Below, one piece after another: positions 1 to 15,846 of a stretch of 64,000 bases of DNA (the stretch's first letter is position 1; every line of letters starts with the position of its first letter). Below the pieces are notes generated by a model that did no database searches, was not told the DNA's origin, and saw nothing but the letters and a program-made list of their open reading frames with translations. Both the position numbers and the translations under genes were made by a program. The stretch is from Lingula anatina (taxonomy: Eukaryota; Animalia; Brachiopoda). The stretch lies in the NCBI GenBank assembly GCA_051362555.1, contig CM120642.1, positions 33,790,001-33,854,000 on the forward strand, given 5' to 3'.

Positions 1-421
1 CATACCTAGGATAGTAACTTACGTTTCATGATCACAGATCAACACAGGAGGTAAGTTCAAATGTTGTCCAGGAAATGAAATAAAACTTATTAATCAAACA
101 ATTTTTAATCAACTACTTTTATACTTGCTTAAATCTTCAATTACATTTTCATATAAAGTTTCCCTTAAAAATAGTATTTACAAACTTCATGCAGCAGATA
201 ACAAAAATTAACCGACTTTATGTTGTGATCAAATGTTTTCTGTTCTATACATGTTGTTTATATCCACAGAGGGTGCTGGAGCCACATTGGAGAGCTATAT
301 TATAGAACCATATCATAGAGCTATGACGGAGCCAGTGCTGAAGTCATTTACCCAAGGTAAAAACTATGCAGGATTGAAGCCATGCTATCAATGGCAGTAT
401 ATATTGGATGCCAAGATTAAG

Positions 422-870
422 GAGAGCTGAAAAAGCTGGTTACCCTGGGGAGAGGCAGGGAGCTGATTAACATGGAGAGAGCTGAGGGAGCTGGTTACCA
501 TAGAGAGAGCTGAAGAAGCTGGTTACCATGGAGAGAGCTGAGGGAGGATGTTACCCTGGAGAGAGCTGAGGGAGCTGGTTATCCTGGAGAGAGCTGAGGG
601 AGCTGGTTACCCTGGAGAGAGCTGAGGGAGCTGGTTACCCTGGGGAGAGCCGAGGGAGCTGATTAACATGGAGAGAGCTGAGGGGGCTGGTTACCATGGA
701 GAGAAAGCTGAAGGGGCTGGTTACCATAGAGAGCTGAGGGAGCTGGTTACCCTGGAGAGAGCTGAGGGAGCTGGTTACCCTAGGGAGAGCTGAAAGAGCT
801 GGTTACCCTGGGGAGAAATAAGGGAGCTGGTTACCCTGGGGACAGATGAGGGAGATGGTACGTTACCCTT
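422..870 (+). repeat. ~28-bp purine-rich minisatellite (GAGAGCTGAGGGAGCTGGTTACCCTGGA), about 15 degenerate copies, in PRMT9 intron 1
   Basis: Tandem units are directly visible. Confidence 0.9.
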
Positions 871-1091
871 GGATAATTGTTATGATGGATTTTAATGTTT
901 CATTCAGTTCTTCAAACCATTTGTTTTTCAGTGATGTGTAACTTGTGACAGATAAGAAGCAGAAAAAAAAACTAGGGACTTTGGAATCGGTTTCCATCTT
1001 CACAATATGTTTCAGACTTGAGCATAACAGTGATTTTTTTATATTTGTGTGATCGCGGCTGAAGAATCTGAGAAGTGTTTTATCTTCGCAC

Positions 1092-1411
1092 CTGAATAGT
1101 TGTGACCCCATATTGTTTAACATTTGTTCACATTCAGGGAAGAACTGACAAGCTTGGTCAAAACATTTGAACAAATCCTCCCAGCGGCATTTTCTTTCCA
1201 ATTCATCACTCCATTCTCTAAACGCGGTGCTAAAAGTTTCTTTTATGTCGTGTTTTTTCGCCGGCTGCAGACGACAGACGAGCAGGTAATGCGCAAATGC
1301 ACGGCCATAATTTTTCTGTTGCATACACCGTTCTGCTGCCTGGATGGATTTGCTCACGAGCCATACGTTCCTTTCTAAATCTGGACACTGCATGTGGCTA
1401 GCTATGGACAT
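1092..1411 (-). CDS. PRMT9: Protein arginine N-methyltransferase 9, first coding exon (TPR-containing N-terminus); gene continues beyond the window start
   Basis: LVSKSIQAAERC..YGRAFAHYLLV..KHDIKETF..NNMGSQLFR parallels the vertebrate PRMT9 N-terminus (LVSRSLQSAEHC..AYAHYLLV..KHDVKETF..NSMGEHLFR). Donor AG|GTGCG lies at 1091; the ORF tail beyond it is intron read-through. Confidence 0.88.
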
Positions 1412-1735
1412 CTCATTAATAAAATTCCCTTCACAGAAACACGACTACACGAGACTTGCTGTTCCAACCTCTTGTAAAAACTAAAACAAGGAATTATTTT
1501 AATACTATAATTAAAAAATATACCGGTTTAAATGTATATAATAGAAAATGACAAATAATAAGGCATTGATATTATTTTGTCCATCAAACAAATGCATACT
1601 CATAGAAATAGGAGTTTGATGTTCTCTTAAATATTTATTAAAACTATAATATGGCTTTCCAGAACTGTTTCAAATCTTTGAACTAGATCAACCCGAATCA
1701 GATATGCGCACGCAGCATCATCGGCTTCCTCCAAA
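1412..1735. promoter_or_regulatory. Short bidirectional promoter between PRMT9 and NDUFC2 with an NRF-1-like site (TGCGCACGCA, 1705-1714)
   Basis: Divergent ATGs at 1411 (-) and 1736 (+) are 324 bp apart; the motif resembles the NRF-1 consensus TGCGCATGCGCA. Confidence 0.6.
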
Positions 1736-1898
1736 ATGTTGCCTGACGATGAACTGGCTAGATTACCCGTAAATTTTGGCTATGACGTTGAGGAAACTGA
1801 GCAGCCACGGTTTTTTTACCCAGTTCTGTATTGGTTGCCACCATTGGTGGGTGGAATACTTGGTAACAGGCAAAAGCCAGCCCTACCGTTTGTACAAA
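1736..1898 (+). CDS. NDUFC2: NADH dehydrogenase [ubiquinone] 1 subunit C2 (B14.5b), exon 1 of 3
   Basis: ATG 1736, MLPDDELARLP...PVLYWLPPLVGGILGNRQKPALPFVQ, donor GTGAGT at 1899 (phase 1). join(1736..1898,6702..6845,9152..9327) gives 160 aa. Confidence 0.75.
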
Positions 1899-3167
1899 GT
1901 GAGTAAACCTTAAGGCTTTTATTAAAATTACTTACATTACCATGTTAATATGCTAGATAGTAGCACCTTGATTTGCTAAATCTGCTGAACCTAAGAACAA
2001 TTTTATAACAGTGGATTTGCGGGGTTGTGAATTCTGGTTATGTACAGCGATCACCTGTCTATTTGCTTTGTCGAGACAGGAGCTGGAGCACTGAGCATTT
2101 ACTACTACTTTACTTTTATAAATAATAATTTTAGGTTAATTGAAAACTTTCAGTTTTGCTTAGAACATTTGGTACTTTTGTAGTATTGACCCATTAGAGC
2201 CTGCGTCATCAAAACAAACGGCAGCCATACTGGAGGGAGACCGGAATCGTCTGCTGCGCATGAACAAGCCATGTCTGTAGTTCAGTTTTCGTTTTCTGTA
2301 TTTTTTTCATATTTAACCGAGCAAAATGATGAATTACTGCAGGGTATTTGATCGAGAGAAGGTAACTTACTTTACAAGCGTTCACAGATTGCCTGCAGTG
2401 GTAAAAATCCATGGTGAAGGAACTAAAACCATAAACGGAGGAGAGACGGCGAGGTGGCTTTGAATCAAGACTCTTCGGAAAAGTAAAGGATAAAACTAAT
2501 TTATTTAATAGCAAAGAATGAAGAGCCAACTGTGCAGATTTACCATAAAAGAAAAAACAGTAGAACACCAAAGACCTAGGTGTGTACGTTTGGGGCGCAC
2601 GTATATATTTAAAGTAGTGCCCAAAAAGTGTGGATGGAGAGTGTGTTAATTTGTTAAAACGTGTGGAAATACCCAGGCAGGGTTTCGACTTTTATAATGA
2701 AGACTCACCTATTGCCTTGGGTGTAATTTGTTATCAGTTACGGTGCTCTCTAGATTTTATCGGCTGTCACCTACCTCTTTTATACCTGGTTAGTTTTATT
2801 CCCAATTAGTGTCAAGGCTATATTTGTACTGTACACAGCTGAGCTGGGCCAATTAAATCAATTACCTGTATGAAGTGTATTTGGAAGTTGGTGGCTTAAT
2901 TTTCGATTTGGTGTAGTGATAAGAGTAATTTTATTTTGCAAGTAAATTCTACCTCAGGTGTAATTGACATATAACTTTAATAACCTCATGAAATAATTTT
3001 GCACTTTCCTCTGTAAAAATGTTAAATTCTGCTCCTTTCAACTGTAATGTTGTAAGTTATAATATGAATAAAAATCACTATTGTTATCTTTCTATTAATT
3101 TAGATTTACATGTAGGAAATTGATCAGGCATTTCCCACCAAGCCACACTGATTGGGTGCAAGTAAAT

Positions 3168-3171
<4 letters not shown>

Positions 3172-3215
<44 letters not shown>
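3172..3215 (+). repeat. Poly(A) tract (44 A)
   Basis: Homopolymer run. Confidence 0.9.
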
Positions 3216-3216
<1 letters not shown>

Positions 3217-3526
3217 GGAAGCTTTTGATGACAGGTACAAAAGGCAGCTAGATGACACACAAGGTAGAAGCAGCAAAAAATATTCCTAGATCTCTGTGAC
3301 CAGCTGAGGAGACAGGATCTGAACATCAGGAGAGTGAAATCCATTGCATGACAGGAGTTATTTAATTGAAGCAACACTCAGAACTCAGCATTTCATGTTC
3401 ACTTTTATTCATACAAAATGTGCACTTTTCCCATATGTTTAAGCAAATGGTTGCAGAAATCAATTCATGAACTGAATTATTATTTTACATTGGACATCAT
3501 AAATACATGATTGTGAAAAATGCCTT

Positions 3527-4250
3527 GCTTCTGTGAATGACTGAATAATAATAAAATCCTAACAATGTTGCTTATATGAATGGTTGCATTCATGGTGAAT
3601 ATTAAACTCTCTCAAACAACAGTCTCGTTGCATGTACTTTCTAATGAACCAAAATGAAGTACAAGAATGCTGAAATAATTTAAAAAGTTGATGATGGTAT
3701 AGAGCAAATGTTCTGCATACTTTACTTCTGTACTGTATAAACAATAGCATCTGAAAATCCCCAATATAGTTAGGCTTTACATTAAAAAAAGAGAACAACA
3801 AATACCTGATATTGCAGTTTTAAAGTAAATTTAAAATACATGAATTTTGTTCACTGAATACCTAGCAAAATATTCTCAATGCAAATGGTATATAAAATTT
3901 TATAAAATCAGTTTGATACAATACTTTTTATGACAGTAGATGTATTTTGAAAACTTATTTACAACACAACTCACCAGCTTTATTTTGATACAAAGGACAC
4001 GTCTTTTTCATCATTGACATAGTTTCTATTGCTCCATTGATATCAAGTGTATAGTCCCATGGCAAATTCCCATTCTCTAAGTCCCACTTAAACTGAGGTT
4101 TGAGGATATTTGAAGTGCCTAACAAATGCTTCTGTGAATGACTGAACTAATAATAAAATGCTAACAATGCTGCTTATATGAATGAACAACAGTCTTGTTA
4201 CATGTACTTTCTAATGAACCAATATGAAGTACAAGAATGCTGAAATAATT
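3527..4250 (+). repeat. Local direct duplication (~3527-3680 repeated, with an internal deletion, at ~4127-4250)
   Basis: TGCTTCTGTGAATGACTGAA...CATGTACTTTCTAATGAACCAA...GTACAAGAATGCTGAAATAATTT occurs twice. Confidence 0.8.
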
Positions 4251-4775
4251 TCTGACAGCTTCACGATGTAAAGATAAGTCATAACTAACAGCAATATTTC
4301 ATGTCATAAGACAATCATACATTCTTCCTTGAATCCACAAGGGTTTATCCTAATGATCAGCTCAAATTTTTTTATATCTATCCTTTATGAAAACAGTTGC
4401 TTCTATTTATGGTTAAACTTATGATTACACATTAAACTCTCTCAAACTATAACTGTTATTACCCAATGAACAAGAAAAATGAAGTACAAGATAACTGAAC
4501 TATCTTCTGACAACACGATGTTGGGTAAGTAGCATTTAGTAGGATTTCACGTTTTTAGACTGTCTTGAGTTCATATCGGTCGATCCCGCTGATCAGCTGA
4601 AGCCTCAGCTTGTATATATCCTTTTCCCTTTGGTGTCCTTGATCGTGATATGAAGTTTACTTTATTTTATTTGGTTTACCTATATTTACGCTACTATTCC
4701 CCGTCGTTCATTCCCTCCAGCATGGCCGCGGGACTAGTGTTACGGAGCAAATATGACGTCACTGTAATCGGTTAA

Positions 4776-5575
4776 TACCCCCCACCCTGTAACTTTCTGT
4801 AACTTTCACTTTTCAAACAGTTTTTTACATTTTCTTGTTCATATATGTCATAGCTATTTAAATAAAATGCTTTTGTACTAGTAATTACCTGTGGTCTTTT
4901 TCGAGTTTTAATCAAGTGTAATCCAGCCCATTGAAATACATTGTGAGAATCTACCATGCATCTTGCAGTCAATAACTTGCCGCATTTTCATTGGCTAACT
5001 CTAAGGCTACATGACTTGCCAGACTCAAGTTTTGTACTTATCATCCCCATTATGTGAAAATGATTTCATGTGAACAAGAAGCTAACAAATTTTACAGAGG
5101 AAGTCCAAGTATACAATGTATAAATCTGTTTATGTTAAGAAAGCACATGAATAATAAAAAGGGACTGAAGTTGACTTCCAGGTTTTTATTTCCATTGAGA
5201 AAACAAAATGTTTTATAATGATGGGACATCACAGAAACTTCATAATCCTTTTAATATTTACTGAATTTCTTTAAAACAATTTTCAGATGTGTTTTCCCCA
5301 CTGTCTATAGTACAAGTCAAAACTGAAAGTCATGTAGCCTTAGAGTTAGCCAATGAAAATGCGGCAAGTTATTGACTGCAAGATGCATGGTAGATTCTCA
5401 CATTTTATTTCAATGGGATGGATTAAACTTGATTAAAACTTGAAAAAGACCACAGGTAATTACAAAAACATTTTATTTAAACAGTTTTGACATAGATGAA
5501 TAAGAAAATGTAAAAAAACTGTAAAAAAACTGTAAAAAAATATTTGAAAAGCAAAAGTTACAGGGTGGGGGGGTA
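4776..5575. mobile_element. Non-autonomous TA-bounded MITE with ~240-bp terminal inverted repeats
   Basis: Left arm TACCCCCCACCCTGTAACTTT...CTCTAAGGCTACATGACTT (4776-5017) is inverted at ~5327-5575 (AAGTCATGTAGCCTTAGAG...GTTACAGGGTGGGGGGGTA). Confidence 0.85.
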
Positions 5576-6701
5576 TACTACAAAAGTACCGAACATTTTA
5601 CCTAATGTTGTCTTCCTAGGGTGACGCTTAGTTGTCACCTTGATTGGATAGTAAACAACTGTCGTAAAATCACTCTATGATTTATAAACCTGATGCATAA
5701 ACTTAAAAACCTTGTAAAACGACCCTAGACTGCCATAGTAGTTTAACGTAATGAAAAAAAAGCAATAATAATCAAAATTGGTCAAAGCATTCTGAATAAA
5801 TACCACAAAATTCCGATTGACACTGATAGAGACAATAAAGAACGTTTAGTTTGTGGTACAAGAATGCCAAACATGAACGATACTAATCAAAATAAAATGG
5901 TGCCAGGCTATAACCTCCTATTGTTCATTTATAAATCTCATGTACACAAAAATATACCGAAATATCACATGTTCCGCAAAGTTCACTAACTAGAGGCAAG
6001 AAACCTTCTAATGCCTGATGTGCCCTGCATTCTTAGGTCTGTCACAAATTACCTGTCCACTGCCCCTGTGGAAAATTGTCTCATTTAACATTCACTTACC
6101 ATTCTCAATCTATTCTAGAACATTTGGTGTATTTTTTTACAGTTCTAATGTTGTTCTGTAATGAATGTAACAGTTTAAGAACTGTTTTTGGGAAGTCCTT
6201 CAGAATGTCCTAAAACAGATTGAGAACATTTTTTATTAATAGAGAAAAGCATTATGTTCTAGGACAGATTGAGAACTGTAAGTGAGCATTAAATGAGACA
6301 AAATTTGGCAGGGGCAGCCGCATGGCATCTTTGTCTTCAGCCTATTCTCATGTGAACTCAGAGCATGGGTCACGTCCAGAATTAGAAGGTTTCTTGGCTC
6401 TTGGTGTAAGAAAACAGGGTGATATAAGCCATGGGCAGTCTGTAGCCACAGCTTCATTACTGTAGTGTACCTTGGTGTGCTATATTACCCATTTTAGAGT
6501 GACCCCTCTAGCCTAGGCAAAGTATCTTTCTGGATTTTTAACTTACAGAGTCACCCCTGTGCATGCATCAGGCATGGATAATTAAACAAAATAAAAGTTT
6601 ACACTTTTTCCCAGCATGCAAATAGCATTGATAAACTTTGGCCGTTAGCTTGTAGGTGTGAAGGGTGCACTGTTGTTAGAACATGTTTTTTTTTTCCTCA
6701 G

Positions 6702-6845
6702 GAGTGCCAAGTATTGGTCTTGGTTTAGCAGTTGGGGCATTTTTAGGAGTCAGCGCACAGAACTTGAGAATGAGGTATCAGAGGATAAGAGACCATAACG
6801 TTAAGGAATACATCCGTCTACACCCAGAACTCTTCGATGTGCCCC
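6702..6845 (+). CDS. NDUFC2: NDUFC2 exon 2
   Basis: Acceptor ttcctcag; hydrophobic SIGLGLAVGAFLGV followed by RDHNVKEYIRLHPELF, matching the NDUFC2 motif RD..M..Y..LHPEDF; donor GTGAGT at 6846. Confidence 0.85.
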
Positions 6846-7252
6846 GTGAGTAGATGCATCTTTACTCTGAGTAAATTACTGATTAATGACATGGAGGAAA
6901 AATTTCAGGTCTATGCCCTATTTCTGGATTTTCAGTCTTCATTTTGATTATTTTTAATCACATTGTCTAAATGTAATGAAAAATTGCAAGCTATGTGTTT
7001 CTCTGTTTTTACAACTTTCACCCATGTAAATGATAAATAATTAGATGAATTACTAATGTGTGAATTCTGCACAGATGCAAATTCTAGAGAAACTCCTTAA
7101 AGGGGTTATTTATAACCAAAAATTTTTAACCAAATCACTGTGGAAGCAAAAAAAATTCTGTTGTCCACATCAAGTACAAAGTTTAGTCATTGAAAAGTTT
7201 CAGTATGTCTTTGGTCACTTTGTATATTGTAGGATTTTCTATTTACTGTCCA

Positions 7253-7253
<1 letters not shown>

Positions 7254-7293
<40 letters not shown>
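7254..7293 (+). repeat. (CT)n microsatellite
   Basis: Direct observation. Confidence 0.9.
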
Positions 7294-7295
<2 letters not shown>

Positions 7296-7664
7296 AAGGA
7301 AGTCCTTAAAATTGACCTATTTTACTTTCCATCTCAATTTTGATATAATTAAGATATTGTAAATTCTGCAGAAATTGAAACCTTTAAGTAAGGTTGCCAG
7401 ATTTCAATCATCATCATCATCTCATGTCACACGCACTTTCTTTGGCCACCCTACTCGCTAGATCTCAATCCCCCAGATTTCTTTCTTTGGAGGGTATCTT
7501 AAGGAAAGAATCTATGCTAACAATCCTCAAAATTTAGACACTATGAAGATCAAAATACAAAGAAAAGGAACAGTCTGGCTGACGTGATTGGAAGAGTCAT
7601 TACCAATTTCAGTGTTCATGTGGCTGCCGTTTTTCAGCTGGGAGGAGTATGGATAGAACACTTT

Positions 7665-7922
7665 GGCTTCGTTCACATGGAATGTCTTTTTTCTAAAAAT
7701 CTATTTTCTATTTGCGGTATGTCTTATGATCACGGTCTGTGCCCTGAATATCCCGCGGCGTAATTACTGGCAGCGCGAGCCAGTTACTATAAGTTACTAT
7801 AAGTAACTGGCTCGCGCTGCCAGTAATTACGCGGCGGGATATTCAGGGCACAGACCGTGATCATAAGATAGCGCGAATAGAAAATAGAATTTAGAAAATA
7901 GACGTTCCATGTGAACGAAGCC
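7665..7922. mobile_element. Palindromic PIF/Harbinger-like MITE, copy 1
   Basis: Ends GGCTTCGTTCACATG...CATGTGAACGAAGCC, 3-bp TSD TTT, almost fully self-complementary; second copy at 32642. Confidence 0.88.
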
Positions 7923-8049
7923 TTTATCAATTATTGAAATTTGACTACCTGAAAGATTTTCAATTTCTGCAGAATTTTCAAGGATATAATGGTCATCCTT
8001 ATGGAACAATTTGGTGGAAAAAGTTGGGAATATCTTAATTACATGTTTA

Positions 8050-9038
8050 CAGAGTTGCCAATTATTCTGTTTTATAGGAACTTTCCCGATTTTTAGTATA
8101 CGTTTCCGTGCTACTGATTTTCTATTATTTTTTCTGACTTTTGAAATACATCATCGTTAATAATGTTGACAGTATTATTCGATTGAAAGGTTTTTTCCGT
8201 GTGTCTCTTGTGTGTATCCCCGGCAGCAGATTGCACATGCGTGTCAATGTTAAGTATGTGACTTCCCACTGTCTGTCACGAGACACGTGGTGGAGATGGC
8301 GTGATTTTGAACTCTTGAAATGGATGATAATTTTACCGAGTCTAAATGTGAGGCAGAGGGCGTAACACTGTAAGTGTACCTGATGCTAAACGGAAAAAAA
8401 TTACACAGAAGTACCTGAGTGATTGGAGTCACACATTTCCGTGCATTACACCTTCAAAAAGGGGAAATTGTTCGTGTACTGTCAAGTATGTGACAAAGAT
8501 TTGTCAATCCAAGGTGGGGGTGCAACAGACACTAAAGCCCATTTGAATTGTGCTGCTCACAAAAAATGTGAAAATACTCAACAGGTCTCTGGTTCGTTGT
8601 TAGCCATTACAAACCAAGAAACTGCATTTCAGAAAAATGTCACCAGAGCGGAGCTTTTGTACGCCGATTTCCTTATTGAACGCCACATTTCCCTGGCAGC
8701 GAGTGACCACGCTCAGATTGTGAGAGGATATTTTCTGTTGTAGGGGAAAATTTGAATGAATTCAGAAGTAACATGGCTGTTGAAACATTAAACAATCTGT
8801 TGTTAAGAAAAATGGGCAAATGTTGTATGTGCTTTGAATGACAGTATGATGACGAGTTGCTAAAAGCTGCCAAAAGTGCAACATATAGAGATAATGTGAA
8901 TTATTATCATAGATTGTACTCTCTGTGAGTGAATAAAATATATTTGTAATGATCCTGTTTTTTGTTTGAAATTACTTTTTTTTTTTTTTTTTTTTCATTT
9001 GGCTCTTGATTTTATGAAAGCTTGGGTTGGCAACTCTG
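8050..9038 (+). mobile_element. Internally deleted hAT-like transposon
   Basis: 12-bp TIR CAGAGTTGCCAA/TTGGCAACTCTG. Remnant ORF 8423-8743 has a zinc finger (CQVC...H...H) and VTRAELLYADFLIERHISLAASDH; a C-terminal remnant reads RSNMAVETLNNLL...LLKAAKSAT. No clean 8-bp TSD is visible. Confidence 0.75.
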
Positions 9039-9151
9039 TGTATGTCAAAATTGAGATGTAAAGTAAAATAGGTCATTTTTTATGGAACACCCCAGATATA
9101 TATAGTACTTTAAGTTTTTAATGGATGGAATATTCTGTTGACTATTTGCAG

Positions 9152-9327
9152 CCCCACCTTACTACCGTGATGTTTTGGAACCATGGCATCCCACACGCAT
9201 TATCACCTGGAAGAAAATGGTTTACAACATAAAAATGAGCCAATGGAATTTTTTCCGAACCCCTGCATCTGAAGATATCCAGGAGGAAGTGGAAGTCAGT
9301 GCTGAGAGCAGGGAAAGGTTTTCGTAG
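9152..9327 (+). CDS. NDUFC2: NDUFC2 exon 3 (with C-terminal extension)
   Basis: Acceptor tttgcag, phase-compatible; YYRDVLEPWHPTR matches the family C-terminal motif (TYGEIFEKFHPIR-like); TAG at 9325-9327. Confidence 0.82.
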
Positions 9328-9627
9328 TCTTTTTGTCTCAGGACTTTCTGTTAGGATATGTGAAATGATATGAAGTAATAGAAAGTGTTTGGCAGTCTAT
9401 GTCATCAAACCTATGATGAGTTGAAACTGAGACAGGTTAGTAAAGGAATAGTTTATAGCACAGGGAAATTGAGGTGCTTGATTGTTGCAGGTGGAAAAAA
9501 AGTGAACTCAACATGGAAAAAAATGCCAAATAGATTGAAACTGGGTTATTTGCTTATTGATGATTAGAGTGAACACGAAAATACATCATTTTTTCATTTA
9601 TATTAAGGTTTATAACTGTCAAAATAA

Positions 9628-10165
9628 AGAGTTTTCATTGCCAGTGGAATACGCTGGGTAGATAAATACATCATTGGTATATGCATACATTTGTGACATT
9701 GACCGCGTTCATATCTATCCAGTTGTTAGATGGGATCTGTAGAATACAAGTATTCCTATCTGGTCAGTGTGGAAGAATAACATAAATAATCAAGGCAATG
9801 TTTGCTCATTTATATGCCCTACATCCTTTTTTTACAATAGTCCAAGTGTACGTTAAATGTTCCGACTGCTTAGGCGAGATGAGACGTACGTTGGTTTTGA
9901 TTTATAAGACACAAAGCCAGGGATGGTTCGTAGGCTACAAACAAACCTGCATTTTTGCCAGAAAAAGGTCAGTTGTAGATTAATTTTTATAGGTGCATAA
10001 AGTTTTCATATTTGCAGGAAGTACACTAAGGTTCCTATATATGGTAGGAAAGGCTATTGTACTGAAACACTTACCACAACCAGAAAAGAGATAGCAGGTT
10101 ACTTGGTACGTTTACATATATACGTAACAATCTAGCCATCATATTCCACTGGCACCAAAAACTCT
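9628..10165. mobile_element. Degenerate TIR element downstream of NDUFC2
   Basis: AGAGTTTTCATTGCCAGTGGAATACGCTGGGTAGAT has an imperfect inverted copy ATCTAGCCATCATATTCCACTGGCACCAAAAACTCT. Confidence 0.55.
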
Positions 10166-11108
10166 CTCAATGTGTGTGTGTTTAATAAGATAAACAAAGA
10201 GGTCACAGGAACTCGCTGGACCTGCTTTTCTTTACTTCACAGTAGATCACATGCAATAGTGGACTCTTCCAGACAATTATTGCTGTTGGTTTGTTTCAAT
10301 AAATTGTTTTAATTTAAAATCATGCTGTCTTTTATACTAATAATAAAAACTGAGGGTTAAGTGGATTTTAACGCAATCCTCTTGAAATGTAGAAACTTAA
10401 CACACTTAAGAAGTTCAACAGAAAGTGTTTACAGTGATTATGTGTCCAGCGATGTACAGAAAGTAAGGAGCTAATTTTTACGAGAAACAGTTGAAGTTAA
10501 ATGTTTATGTTGAAATGTTATAAAATATCAAAATATCAAATCCAAGGACAGGGATTGGTGGAACAAGGATTTGTTTGTGGAAGAATATATTTTCTTGAGG
10601 AAAATATGATTTGACAGGGAAAATCACACAGAAAATTTGACGAAGGGCATAGTTGTTTCAGGGATGAGACTTTTCCAACTTTTGGGAGCCAACAATATCA
10701 GTGGCCTAGGTGGCCCCCTGTACCCAACGTCATATTTTCTGACTTTTTTTTTACTAAATGGCAGTCTCCTCCCTGAAAATTGGAAAGAAGGTGATAAAAG
10801 TCTTTGTTCATTCTGCTCTAAAAGAGCGCCATTTACCCTCTGATCCATAATTTATATTTTCCTGTTCAATACTCTGTTTATCCTGCTCCAGATGAGATTT
10901 TATTTACCCTCTGATCCATAAATTCTATCCCCCTGTTATAAATTCTGTACAAATTTCATTTGTCAAACTTGATAATTTCTCTGGTTACAAAATAAGTAGG
11001 AATGAAAAAGTTATGAAAAAAAACTCAAACTGCTATACAACTTCAAGTTCACTATGATTCCAAATCAATATAACAAGGTCCAGTTAGTTGGTAATTAAAG
11101 TATGAAGA

Positions 11109-15846
<4,738 letters not shown>

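Larger units (their letters stand above)
2161..5600. mobile_element. Putative old DNA transposon relic with ~50-bp degenerate TIRs in NDUFC2 intron 1
   Basis: TAGAACATTTGGTACTTTTGTAGTATTGACC at 2161 is the inverted match of GGTTAA|TACTACAAAAGTACCGAACATTTTA, which is interrupted by the MITE at 4776-5575. Confidence 0.4.
7295..9095 (+). mobile_element. Degenerate Tc1/mariner-family element; host of two nested insertions
   Basis: TIRs ...TGACCTATTTTACTTT(C/A)CATCTCAATTTTGA at ~7310 and inverted at ~9048-9095. Frameshifted transposase remnant WPPYSLDLNPPDFFLW/GYLKERIYANNPQN from 7443 matches the WPPxSPDLNPxDFFLWGYLK motif. Confidence 0.8.

Noticed and set aside
863-1091. C-terminal part of the 182-aa ORF
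   Set aside because: PRMT9 similarity stops at the splice donor; the remainder is intronic.
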